From assembly GCA_000320545.1 (NCBI GenBank), contig ADNK01003065.1:18811-82810 (forward strand): DNA of 64,000 bases, read 5' to 3'. This document shows positions 37,546 through 49,874 of the stretch, in pieces (within the stretch, counting starts at the first letter, position 1; each line of letters opens with the position of its first letter). The position numbers and the translations under genes are program-made. The stretch is from Bigelowiella natans CCMP2755 (Eukaryota > Protista > Cercozoa). Under the pieces are notes generated by a model. The model was not told where the DNA came from, ran no database searches, and worked only from the letters and a program-made list of their open reading frames with translations.

Positions 37546-37939
37546 ACGAGAGACGGATGATGATAATGACATACAAAGCAGAATACACAGCAACCCAATG
37601 GGGATGTGCGATACCTGCTATGACTTTACATTGCGATGTTATTTCTACCACAGCGCTAGATAGCTATACAGCAGTGTTTTTGGACGGTCACAAACAAATA
37701 AAAGTCGTCCTCGTTGCGCTTCCTCACTTGCAAAGTGCATTTTGTATCATCACGTACTGTATACACACCGTGTACGTAGCAACGGCTGCCATCGCATCCC
37801 ACGCTCTTATTTAGTAAGTATGAACTCGAAGGTGGAACATGCTCGGTGAAAGCAAAAACTCTTTCTTGTTTCTGGAGGGTAAACCACTATTCTCTTCCGA
37901 TGATGGGATTCTGAACATTTAATAGAACACAAACATCGT

Positions 37940-39668
37940 TTAGGAACCACGCGGCTTAGGATGGAGGCGGAGGATGAGACAAGATGGTGAAATGAACCTG
38001 AAACATGCAAAGAGAAATACTTTTCCGGCTCTCACCTGGTTTTCTGGCAGCTGTTTTGACACAGGATAGCGTCATTATCGTCGCGATCTTTACAGTGATT
38101 ATTGCATAAGGAGGGCGACAAGATTTTTCCCGCCAACAGAGTCTTAAAATCCCCGCATGGAGGAACAGGAATGATCGTCTTTTTCTTTCGAAATTTCCGG
38201 GAAACCTCCTTCAGATTCACTTGGAACGCTGTAGCCGTCGCGCGCGGATGCGGGAGACGAGGGGAGAGGAAGGGGGATAGAAGAAGGCGGGAAAGGTTAG
38301 TGAAACACAAAAAAATATCAAAAGGAAAATCATGAGAAGCACCAACTGCCTTCTCTGTGCATAATCCCAAAGAACAAGAAAAGCTCTAAGAACACATTGA
38401 AAGCATGGCTTCGTCTTAAATATCTCAATACAGATACCAAGCGTCTCGGCCGCGTGTATTGGAAGGAACTTTCCCATGGTAAACATGAAGTGTTGCCCAA
38501 TATATTCAAGGCAAATCTTCGCAATCGGCCTCAGGACAGGTGGTGCGTTTGCATGTAATAGCTGAATCTGTTTCTGTTGTCTTCGTATCCGCTCCTTCTC
38601 CTCCTCCTTCTCCTCCTTCTCTATCCCTTTCTTCTCCCGCTGCTGGTAGCTGTGACTCCAACGACGGTTTACGATCCTTTCATTGCCACTGCCACTGCCG
38701 AATATATTGGAATCGATGTCGGTGGCGTTCTTTGTGCCAGAAGAACTGTAATGAAGAGGAGATCTAGATGACAGCCTCCGCCATTTTCCTCTGTTACGCT
38801 CTCCCCTATTATCGATATCGAGACCACTACCCTTCATCTCCAATGCGACTTTGATCAAATTATCAAGTTCTTCCGGCTTTAACACGGAGAGCTCAAACGT
38901 TTGCTTTCTCGTAGATAGCCAACCAGGAATCTTGAATAGGTGCCGGTGGGGACTGCCAGAGACTACCTTAATTTTACGTATCCGGCAAAGAAGCTGGAGT
39001 TCTTCTCCATCGCGCAGCCGCCAATAACTCGATCTGTTCGCTGCGTTTGGCAGAGAATCGTTGATATATTTCTCTCCTCTTAGATAACGATCCTTTTTAC
39101 CGTCCTTCATTAAATCGGTAGGTGTGGGGTTAAGAAGGAGGCCCATGGTTTGTTCGCGTCACATATTTTTTACATGCATGCCTACAAGTTTTTACTAGCA
39201 TTTCTATCAATGTTATGATATCTCTCTTGAGTCAAAAATTACAACCTGCATGATCTCACGCTCATTCTCGTCTCTTTCACAGGTTTTGTAATTATTGTAA
39301 TCGTTGACATCTTTGCCACGATTATTGTAGGGAGCTGTTGCTGCCGCTGCTGCACATTCTGGTCCCCTCCTTCTGGCCAAATAAAGTCGAGTGCAGTTAC
39401 CCTCAAATACTATAGTTGATGTTATCTTTTCCAGAGATTCCTCTGTCCATTTCAGTCGGCAGTATTTGGCGGTCAGCATAAAGTGCATTTGGTCAAAATC
39501 CACCGAGAACTTGACATCGCCTCTGCGTTCTTCTCCTACATCATCGAGGAAGCCATTGTACTTTCTCCCATCCCTCCACTTTCCCGCATACCTTATTTTG
39601 CGGGGAATATGCTGGCCGCGGCAGGCTACTTCACTCTCAGTGTGTCGGTGGAATATACGATTTCCCAT
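37940..39668 (-). CDS. Hypothetical protein, about 4 exons
   Basis: Long frames 39668-39246 and about 39105-38440 join in phase (MQ|DGKK), followed by VNLKEVSRKF...CQKTR and a terminal exon ending PRGS*. MGN start could be an N-myristoylation site. No family recognised. Confidence 0.55.
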
Positions 39669-40880
39669 TGGGCACAGAGGAGGTAGTTGCTGCTATGCAG
39701 GGAGTCGATGAAGGTTTGTTTATTTTTTGCCTTAATGCACGTGATCCTAGCACCTCTCCTACGTGAATATGCTCCTGAGAACAGAGGAATTATGGAAGGG
39801 GGCTAAGAGTCTAATGTAACGATCTGACTTGTACTGAATAACGATTGAACAACTGCATCTAGAAAGAAAATGCCTCCCCGCCCCAGCTGATGTAAAGACA
39901 GGATGCTCAACAACTGCTGTACAACCGATGACATACTCCACAATCCGGCAACGAATACAGGAGGACATGCAAGAAGATTCGTTCATGGTTCATTGTTCGG
40001 GGACTTTTAAACAACATGCTATTACGAGTATTTTTGGGACGGATGCGCTATCTCCTAGTTACTGCCAGCGAGCCGAGAGAAAAAACAAATTTAATATTCA
40101 ATCAATTTTCTTTGAAAAACGGTCTTTGCGTTACCATCGCGACAACCAAAATGATAAATTTACCCATCTTTTTCGGACTACCTGGCGAATACCGACATCC
40201 GCAGCTTTGAAAAAAAAAGTGGACAATCAATGGGATTCAGCCGGAACGACTAGAGTTTTGACTCGACCGCCAGACAAACGTGGACAAGCGTCTAAGACGC
40301 TGAATTGGATTATAATTTAGGCGGTATATTACTAACGACAAGTTCTACAACCGCTTTTTATTTACCTGTCAGTTACTCCGGAGATTGCGTGTTCGAGCAA
40401 GGGCCATCAAACGTCACAGCAGTGGAGCAGAGTACATAACGTCCGAAACCACCAGACGAGGGTAGCGTGAAGTGAGTTCGCTGGCAGCCGTTTATCTTGA
40501 ACGCAGCGCCTCGTTTTACATGGGATTTTCGTTGTGTTTTTAACTAAGTTAACATTGAGAGAACGCTATCTTCAAAAACCATGGCAGAGACTGAAACGAG
40601 ATTATTTTTCGTCTGCGAGGGCTCTGCCGAACTCGGATCCTGAAAATACATATTTCTGGCTCTGCGGACCTCGGACAATGAAACAACCAAAGCAGCTGCC
40701 TGTGTAAAGCATCTACTTCAAGTTAAGACTGGCTGCTGCTTCTAGTGCAGTCCTTGCATCCTTTCGTTGCGAAAAGCTGCGTTAATTCAAATTTAAAATA
40801 TTTTTTAAGACTAACGAAGCCGAAGATCTGAATTTAACGTTAAAAGAAGCAACAATAGCCACTGCCGAATAAGCGCATCC

Positions 40881-41838
40881 ATGACATTACCAAATGTTCC
40901 GGGAACCCGTCGAAAGCGAAGTCTGTCCGGACACACTTTGGAAGGAAAGGTGATTGACAGAGCAAGGCAGGGAGGGGAAAAAAGATAGGGGAGTGTATGA
41001 GAAATAGTAAAAAGAATTATCTCTCTGGAGGACTGACCTGTCACTCAAGCTGCATTTATTCATGTAAGCGGCATATATGACCTCACAGAGCCTCTATGGT
41101 ATTGTTGCAGAGTGACGATATTTCAACTTCGTCCTCCCCAAAGCTCGATTTACGAAATGCTGAGGAGTTTCTCTCAAAGTAATTGTCATTTCATACATAA
41201 TTAAGCGACCTTTTTTTATTTCTTTCTCCTGCTGTGCATGCATCTGACATTCATTTCGTGTGAGCGCAGACAAATATACTGAAGATCATCATAAATTCTA
41301 CAATCAATGTATCAATTAGATTGATGGATTCGATCACGATAAACTCACGAGGCCGTAAACGAGAGAAGTCGCAGTTTCTCGTCCAGAATTCAACCACGCA
41401 TAAGAGAAGGTGTGGAAGGGTATTGGGTGGGTGGAGCGGGCTATGTATCGATCGTTGTTAAGGTCTCATGCAAATAATTACCACAGCAAAAGTAGCTCAT
41501 CTCGAGTAACTCGACGTGCACGACGTCGTCCTGGAAAGTTTTCCCAGAAGGCATTGAAGGTAGCTCCCTTTTCCCTCCAATATTATTCGTTTGTTCCTTC
41601 AATATTTTTTCTACTCACATCCTCCGAGTACTTTAACCTTCTTCTGCTCATTGTGTCCCCTGAATTACACTAGAAGACCGACGTTAACGTACCTTGTCGT
41701 ATTTATAATTTGATTGTTTTCCTGGAACTGCAGGTGCTTCATGAGTGGTTCGAAAATCACTGGCAGAACCCCTATCCAACATCGTCAGAGAAGGCGGTTC
41801 TAGCCGAGGTTGACGGGATAGATTATCAAAATTTCGAG

Positions 41839-41878
<40 letters not shown>

Positions 41879-42606
41879 AGCGCTCGCGTGCGCGCGTGTG
41901 TACGTTGCGTTCAATAGATCCCATTATAATCCACATGATTGCTGTGTAACCTCTCATTCATTTCGATAGAAAGTCCGGCAATATTGTAATAGTTTCAATT
42001 TTGTTTTACAAACTCTGCATGGGTGTCTAGATCACCGAGCTAAGCGAGACGCAGATCTCTACCTGGTTTCAGAATAAGAGAAAGAGGGACCAGCGGTGGC
42101 AGAAGTATAAGGAGAGGTTGTACTACGGCGAAGGACGAGACAGGCAGAAAAGTAATTCTCTTGATCTTTTCTTCCAGAATTTAAATCAGAATATAGAAAC
42201 CGAGTCAGCAGAGCAACGCTCGCCGATAAACAGCTTAGGGATAACTAAGAATTGTAGTAGTAGACAAGGACACCCTCTACCGGATTGTTCCAATAAATAT
42301 ATGGGAGCTACTGATGCAGCTGCTTCACCATCCTCATATCCGAAGAGAGACATAACAAATAACGGTAGAGGGTCATGGTTTGCTGCTGACAGAAAAGAGA
42401 TTTCTACGCCAAAGTGTCCCGGCGTGGAAAGTTCTGATAGCTTAGGAGAATTACTTTTTGGCACAGCACAGGAAACACTTACCGCTAGAGAGTCTGATGA
42501 CTACCCTTTTGGCCATGAGGAAGATGTCCTCAGCTCATATCTGAAGCCATCAGGGAAGTCGGCGGGATCAGAAAGCAGCTTTGACGTCGGTGATTTCTTG
42601 AAGTAG
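40881..42606 (+). CDS. TALE-class homeodomain transcription factor; 5' end uncertain
   Basis: Spliced homeodomain RRRPGKFSQKALK|VLHEWFENHWQNPYPTSSEKAVLAE|ITELSETQISTWFQNKRKR, with the three-residue loop extension before PYP. The last exon runs to TAG at 42606. Confidence 0.85.
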
Positions 42607-42844
42607 TCAAAATGTACCAGTATCACGTAGCAGTCATCACATTGCATTGCGCCCTGCCAATGTGAAATCTGGATAGCAAAGAAACAAGACGTAGATTATC
42701 ATCTTCCAGGTTTTTTTGGTCTTTGATTACCTCTATTTTTAGAAATATATACACCCGACGCATATGCAGCACGTTGGTATTGGACGTATCCTTGAAGTAG
42801 TTGACGTTGCAATGTTTCAAATTGACAATGATGTCATATGCGAG

Positions 42845-43720
42845 AACACAGATGCAACTGTCATGATGATTTGCCAATGCTAGAATGTGGGCGGACGACG
42901 ATGGCTGCATGTGCTTGCGTGCTTGTGATGCGCCAGTTTGAGAGCATCGCATGACACGCGGTCTGGACATCATGCTGCTGCATGTGTTGCATGCCTACAC
43001 AGTGGCATGAACAAGCATCGTGCATGCATGTGTTGTGCTGTGGTGCATTCAGACTGTTGCGTAGCAAAGGCTAGAAGGGCTTTTTGCTGCTCGCCCACGT
43101 ACGCGATGTCTGCCTGCATGCAACAATGGTGTGTGTTCTCATCACTAGATCAGCGGCAACCAATCATTGCGCATGCTAGCATGCTGTGGCAGCAGTGGCA
43201 GCCGTGCGCTCCAACAACAAGAAAAACTGCAGGGAACAGCTGTGATGATAGACATGCAATACACAATATGTACATTGCTGTGTCTATCATTGTGGGGTGC
43301 ACAAGACCTCATCAGACTACTCTCTCAACATCTTCATTTGCTAATTGTCACTTCTGAACTTGAAAATGCTGAGTAATGTCCTGGAAAGTTGCATGTACGT
43401 TGATATTGTTTGCGAATGTGAGATGAAATCAAATGTGTTTTGCACCGGCGCGCCGAGCGTGCATACATAGCGCTTTTGCATGCAGCATGCTAGCATGGCA
43501 CAGCCGCTAGCACCGGACAACTCTAGAAATCTCCAATGATGCCACCAGATGATCTAGATGTGTCGCCGCAACTTTTGCTTAGCTTAATTGTTTGTGCTGC
43601 TCTGCTACTGATGTGCATCTAAACATGTCACAGCAGGCTGTCTAGCTAGCTTTAGAGCTGTGCTGTGACCTCTCCGCGGTAGCACATGTGAGATTTGCAT
43701 TTGCTAACAATTACATTAAG
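42845..43720. other. TpA-depleted, CTAG/CATG-rich island between convergent gene ends
   Basis: In 42845-43250 and 43470-43700, TA occurs almost only as CTAG, CTAC, CTAA, GTAG or TTAG. The middle part is less depleted. Confidence 0.65.
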
Positions 43721-43786
43721 ACATTAAATTGTTGCAATTTTGTCTGATGACAACCACCTGGTGTTGAATTAATCGAGGGTCATGAA

Positions 43787-45178
43787 TTAATGAGTATTCC
43801 CTCCACACTCTGCTTCATTTGCCCACACTCTTACATCATTGCCGTGATGCTTTACGAGCTCTGGAATGACGCTGTTCCAGTTTGTTACCATGTTCTTTAG
43901 GGGTTGAGTATGCATCTTGTGAAAGTTAGAATCAAGGGTAATATGCGCATGTAGATCAAGGAATCCCTCGATTTGATGGAAAGATTTCGAAGGAGTGGTG
44001 CAGAGATCGGAATATTCTACTTGGAAAACACTACCAGGAACTAACTTTTCGACCTCTCCGATCAACTTTTCTCTGACACTGTCCTGGTGCCCGAACCAGT
44101 TGAAGCAATGCTCCCAATATTGCAGTGGAATTTTCCATTTAATCTCGTCCTTCCATTTGGCTCCTGTTCCGTGTTCTACATCATGTACAGAGACCCCTTT
44201 CAGGTGTCTTTGGTACATGTCGAATAATGAAAAACATTGGCGTAGGACATTCTTACGCTTAAGACTGACGATTTTGATTTTATTTTTAGAAATATAATTT
44301 GCAATTTCCTTGATCCTGTTTTGAGGCAGTTGATTCACCATCCACTTCATCCCCACAAAGCGCTCGGGCCACTCAGAGGGACCGTAGAATAGCATGTCAA
44401 GTAGCTTGGAGAAGTCGTTAGAGTGGATGGTCAGTGATCGTTGAACATCCTGCGACGGCTTCCATCGAGTAGCACAATGATGAAGTTCACGAAAGGTACG
44501 CAAACATTCTCCGTTGTGCATGAGAACTTCTTTGTGCCCAGAGAACAGCCTGCTTAACCAAGTTGAACCGCTCCTTTGGATTGCAAGAATGAAAAACTTT
44601 TGTTTCTCATTGTTCCCTTTCATAGCTTCATTCATTATTGAGTATGCGGCCACCTCATGAACGTTTGCGGCAGCTACTTGAACAAGCTCTTCTACTTTCT
44701 CGGATTTCGAAGCATGATTATCGGTGAAGAACTTCGACAGGTCGTAATCCTAAAAATAAATTGGAAAATAGGAGATACAGATCAGACAATTTAATTAAAA
44801 CCAAAGGAAATGGAAAATATCACATTTCTTAGGGCACATTCCGAATTTGATACCGATTTATCGCTTGCATCTTCAAGATCGAGGTTCTCTGAGATGGATT
44901 CGAGTCGAAGGGTGGTTAAAATATTCTTGAAAAAGGTTTCGCCATCCGATTCCAGGGTGTCATTTGTCCCGAAGCCGGTTTTGCTCTCGAGTGGTGTAAC
45001 TATGAATGGTAAATATGGATGTGCATCATCAAATCATTAATTAACGGTGTAAAACATTGCATGTTCTCTCTGCCCTACACAGATTACAACTTTGCGAAGG
45101 AGTAGACTCGATCCACACTGCATCGAGTGGCTCCAGATAGTACGAGAAGAGGAGAAGCAGCAGTGGAGCGACCGCCAT
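43787..45178 (-). CDS. PAPS-dependent sulfotransferase (Stf0-like / Golgi-type), secretory pathway
   Basis: 5'-PSB loop FFILAIQRSGSTWL, plus VGMKWM, 3'-PB-like SLKRKNVLRQCFS and VEYSDL...IEGFL. N-terminal hydrophobic MAVAPLLLLLFSYYL. Confidence 0.8.
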
Positions 45179-45580
45179 TGCGCTTGGATTCTGCTCTGGT
45201 GAGGAAAATACCAAAGCTTCACTGATGCTCTGAGCGAAAATGATTAAATTGCAGCACAAACGGATGCTATTTTCGAAGAAATGACCTTATATTTTATTCC
45301 TGCGACAATGACCAGGCCCCCACTAATCCGCTGCAAGTCGCATGCTGATAGAACGGACTCATTTTTGCACCAACAAACGGTCGAATCCCTCAATGCACAT
45401 CTTGATCAACCTCATTTTCGAATGTAGAATACGCAGGAAACCGCCTACGACTTCTGGAGAAAGGCGCGTGATTTAATTGTCGCGCTCAAAGGGATTGCGA
45501 ATGTTACGCAGCTGCCTTTGCCGCGTAAAGTACCAAGGCCGCTCTCGCTTTCATGGACGTCGTTTCGGTTCTCACCTATC

Positions 45581-47205
45581 ATGTCCCTGTTAGTCATGCT
45601 TTTCACCTTTGCTGTCACTGCCGGTGGTGATGTAGCCGAGTTACACTTCCGTTGATGTGTATTTCCCCCAATTTTAATGGGAGCGGGAGAGATGCAAGAT
45701 CGTACTTGCTATCCTAGCTTTCAGTAAAGTTGTGTTGTGATTTCCCTGCTTCTGAATGCACGATATCGTTTCACATGTGAAACTACTATTCGTATAGTTG
45801 TTCGTTATCGTTTTGACTTTGGATGTTGGAGTCTCGGCAACGTGGGCAATAAAGGCTAGCGGAACGGAGCAAGACACCAGCCTTGCACCTGAAATGTCAA
45901 AAAACACCCATTATCCCTTTCATTATACTGAATGCAAATCACATACAAAGGATTCCTTGGAATCCAGAACTCCTGTCTCGTAACAATGGAAATAGGACAA
46001 TTTCTTACGTTGACATTAACCAAGATTCAACGTTTTTGGTAACAATATCTACATCCCTATATCCTTTTCAATCCTAAAACAGTTCCGAAATCAATAACAT
46101 TGTGTAGGTTGTTACTGCTCGAGGCCTCTCAAATCGTCTTCGTGCTGTGGCGGCCTTCATGTTTCTTCGGAAGAAGTTCAAAGTGAAGAATAAAATTAAG
46201 GTCGAGGTGGACGATTCTCAAAATTATTATACTCAGTCAACGAATTGTATTTCCCCAGGTATTTTGGCACTCTAGTGGTGTTTGTCCAGGTGTACATAAA
46301 TATCTTAACTAGTGTTGCAAATGAGGTTCCAAGGATTTGAGTTTCCAACCATTAATAAGAAGGATGCTCAAATATCCACAACTGAAATATTCACATCATC
46401 CATAATCAGGTGAGTTCTTGGAGGTTTTCCAGCCAATTGACGAGCTTGATTTTTTTAACGACAAAGATGAGCTTCAAAGGATTCTTGTCGGTAGCAAGCC
46501 AGGGACATTCGTTTTCATTGACCATTTCGCATCGGTGCAGACCCTGCTTCCAATATTCAGCCCCATTCAGGGGGTTCAGCATTCTATATATGAGAACGTA
46601 ACTTTCATTGGAGCAGCCCCAAAATGGAGTCGCAAAAAAGATCTTCTTGCATATGAAAACGACGGACCCTGGAACGAAATAGTGAAGGATTATGCGGGGC
46701 TTACTTACGAAGTACGTCATTCTTTATTTCAGTTGGTTGTGAATACAAGGGTGAACTTGTTCTATAGGATGCCGACATAACAGAAGAATATGCAAAATTC
46801 AAACCCACAACGGAGGAACAAACGGAGGTAAAGCGGTTTTTAAACATTCGCACAGTTCTTAGTCTACATTCTTAAAATATCAGATCATCCGAATTGCTGT
46901 GGATCAGAAAATTATGGAGCGAGTTGGAATCCATATTCGCCAAACAGACTTGAAAAGGGGAAATTTGCCTTCAATCAATAGCAACGGCCACTTTATGTAC
47001 AGTATTTCTTTATATGAAATAGTACTTTAAGTATTTTGTCATCGAATGTCTGTTGGAGCTTGATGATTCAATTAGGCTGTTAAACCTTAGGGATGTTATG
47101 AATCAAGAAATCAGAAACAACTCGCGCACAAAGTTTTATCTTGCAACTGACTCTCCGGAGACCCAGTGGAAGTTCATGGAAAAATATGGTTTTGAACATG
47201 CATGC

Positions 47206-47244
<39 letters not shown>

Positions 47245-47668
47245 CTGTGTTATGATGTAAAATATAAGAAGTTTAGAGGTCTGAATAATTAATGTCATTA
47301 TTGATTTTTGTACCAATTATAGGTGAAAAGATTACCGTTTATAAAAAGATGGAGGCAAAACGTTATTATCGGGCCACAACTCTAAGACATGCAGTAATCG
47401 ATGTGTAAGTGTAGAGCTATAATTATTCACCTTACATTCATTTAGCCTTATTTGCATGGCCATTTATCAAAAACAACAGATACCTCCTTTCTTTGTGTAA
47501 AGCCTTTCATGGTTCCAAAGGATCCTCATATTCGCATTTGGTGAGAATTTGCCATAACCAGGAGCGATTCCTGAAGCATTTTTGTAAATGTAAATGTAGG
47601 CTCAACGATTACACCCTGGAGTGCTGGATTCAGTTGGCAAAACAATTCGCAAGATGACATCTAGCTGA
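45581..47668 (+). CDS. Fucosyltransferase-superfamily protein (GT-B; GT11/GT23/NodZ/O-FucT-like) with many short introns; start uncertain
   Basis: GLSNRLRA, motif I VGIHIRQTD, motif II KFYLATDS and motif III AVIDVYLLSLC..FHGSKGSSYS. Hydrophobic anchor exon at 45798. Stop TGA at 47666-47668. Confidence 0.75.
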
Positions 47669-47884
47669 TGCTGGAACATTTTGTTCACATAAAACAGCAC
47701 ATTTAACGTTAAGAAAAACTGCCGTGCATACACATTTTAATTTTTCACACGCTAGCGCGGAAACTGCCATCGTGATTCGGTAACAAATATCTAATCTAGC
47801 TAGCTAGCTACGAATTTACATGCGCTCGCTGCTTGCATTCGCAAGGACTTCCGTGGATGTTAGACACGTAGCTAGCTAGGTAAC

Positions 47885-48410
47885 ATCATTGCAAATGACT
47901 TCATTGCCAAAGTTGATGCTAATTCACAACTGTAGCACAACAATCCGTGGACGCATGTAGACATGCATGTGTGCATTGACATCTAGACATCTAGATGCAC
48001 CATGACGATCTAATGGATCTAGTGATTTCAAGATCTAGACAGCAGCAAGCTAGCAACATGTGAGACATCTCCACACTCCAGACACATCTGGCATCTCTAG
48101 ATCTAGACATGATGACTGCACACATGCTAGACATCTCCACACTCCAGACACATCTGGCATCTCTAGATCTAGACATGATGACTGCACACATGCTAGCATG
48201 GCTTTCATGGAAATGCATGTCCAAACCCATGCAATTGCTAGATGGAACCATCTCCATCTAGACTTGAGCTTCCTTAGGCAACGGAGGCGGCTGATTGTTG
48301 TGGTCGCCTTTCACATTTGCCATTGGCTGTTCAGAGGAAATTCCAACTCCAGGCTGCTGAGGAGGTGCTGTGGGTTCAACTTCATCATCGTCAGTGAAAA
48401 ATTGGATGAG
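47885..48410. other. TpA-depleted, CTAG-rich island overlapping the 3' end of the claudin-like gene
   Basis: Every TA from 47885 to about 48408 is CTAG, CTAA, GTAG or TTAG. Confidence 0.75.
48063..48196. repeat. Perfect tandem duplication, 66-bp unit x2
   Basis: agacatctccacactccagacacatctggcatctctagatctagacatgatgactgcacacatgct occurs at 48063 and 48129. Confidence 0.9.
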
Positions 48411-49314
48411 TATGACTGCAGGGATGAACAGGATGAAATTCATGAATGTGAGGGCCCAACCCGCACCCAGGTTTACATCTGTTCCATCGGCCGCATTGTC
48501 CTAAGAATAATGACAGAAAATTGCTACATTAGCGTTGCCGAAATTGAATAAATTAAGATCTCTTGCGCGTTATGAAAATTGAGAATGACTTATGGACGTA
48601 CAACGGATTCCATGTGGCAGCCTCCCGCCCATGAAACCCTTTTAGTAACATTCAAGAATATTATGGATGTGATACTTTTGCGTGGGAAAAGGAAGTAATT
48701 AGTTTTGTTAACGCAGAACCAGCAAATAAAGAAGCAAAATTCAGTAACTGCCAGAATGGAATAGACTCCAATTTTTGGTACGACATCGCCCCGAAGTGTC
48801 ATGATGATGAAAGCAAGCGCTATGAATAATGCAATCCATGCGAAGACCAGGAAGCTGAATATCACATGAAGAGAATTTTAGCTTCATTAGCTTTTGAGTT
48901 TTCGATCGTTACCTAATGACTGCCCCCCCCGAGTCTCTGCAAACAGTGCAAAGGTCGTTGTCATCACCGAACGTATCTTCGCATCTGTCGTTGTCGTATT
49001 CCACAGTAACATCCACGCCACTGCCGGAAAATACGGCTCTTGTAAGACCCAAACTACCGTCGACTCCATTACCAGAAGTGGTACTCCACGCTACATCCGC
49101 TGCAATGTTTAGTGTAAGAAATATTTACCGTCTCATCTTGTCAAGATGGCATGCATCCCAGATCCCAGCTAAATTACGAGTCATCTTTTTACACAGCATG
49201 TTTGCAGGCACACGATTCACCTTCTGCGCCCCCGAGAGCCGCTAAGAGGAATATAAACGCAACAATGAGAACGACGATCGACGCGAAATGGCCAACTGTA
49301 GGATTCAGCCCCAT
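48258..49314 (-). CDS. Four-transmembrane claudin/PMP22-superfamily-like membrane protein
   Basis: TM1 HFASIVVLIVAFIFLLAALG; a loop with SLGL and two or more Cys; TM2 FLVFAWIALFIALAFII; TM3 IGVYSILAVTEFCFFICW; TM4 LGAGWALTFMNFILFIPAVILI; Pro-rich acidic tail. Confidence 0.6.
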
Positions 49315-49874
49315 TGTGCAATGGACAATGAACAATGAACAATGAACAAAGCGATACTGTGTTTTGCAGCACTAAGCAGGATTGGGCGCAACTCTGGCTC
49401 AAATATCGTTTTTCTGCATGCTTTCCTTCGAAAATCCCCTCAAATACATCGATACTATTTTCCCAATAGAAGGTCCAGCATGGGACATTAGTTACGATGT
49501 TCACTCGATATTTCAGTAGCAAATGCCTCGATCAATCTATTAAAAGACTGAGTTGCAGTTCAGTGCAGTATTTACATATAAGAGACATATATTACGAGAT
49601 TTCCTGTATTATTAAATGTCTAAATCTATCCTCTCAATTCCAAGTCCTCCGGATACCTTTATTTGCCCCGGAGGCCAATGTGCAAAATGCATCCTATTTT
49701 CCAAAATAAGTCCCAAATTTGCATGTCGCAGATGTGAAATATAGCCTTTTTCAGTTATCCGAAAAGCTCAGTGTCTACCTCCAAAAATCACATAACAGTG
49801 TCGTCTTAGCCCCCCTTGCGCGTCCTCCCCTCAGGATCCGTGCGCGCTCCCCCCCTCAGGATTCCTGAGATAAT

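Noticed and set aside
40581-40643. ATG-initiated 20-codon ORF upstream of the homeobox gene
   Set aside because: Cannot distinguish a uORF, an unresolved first exon or chance without transcripts.
41730-42095. SIX-class homeobox (NPYP, R.RD.R tail)
   Set aside because: It has the TALE three-residue insertion, lacks K50, and no SIX domain is visible upstream.
48063-48196. CRISPR-like or mobile-element repeat
   Set aside because: Two abutting identical units with no spacers, no cas genes and a eukaryotic context: a simple tandem duplication.
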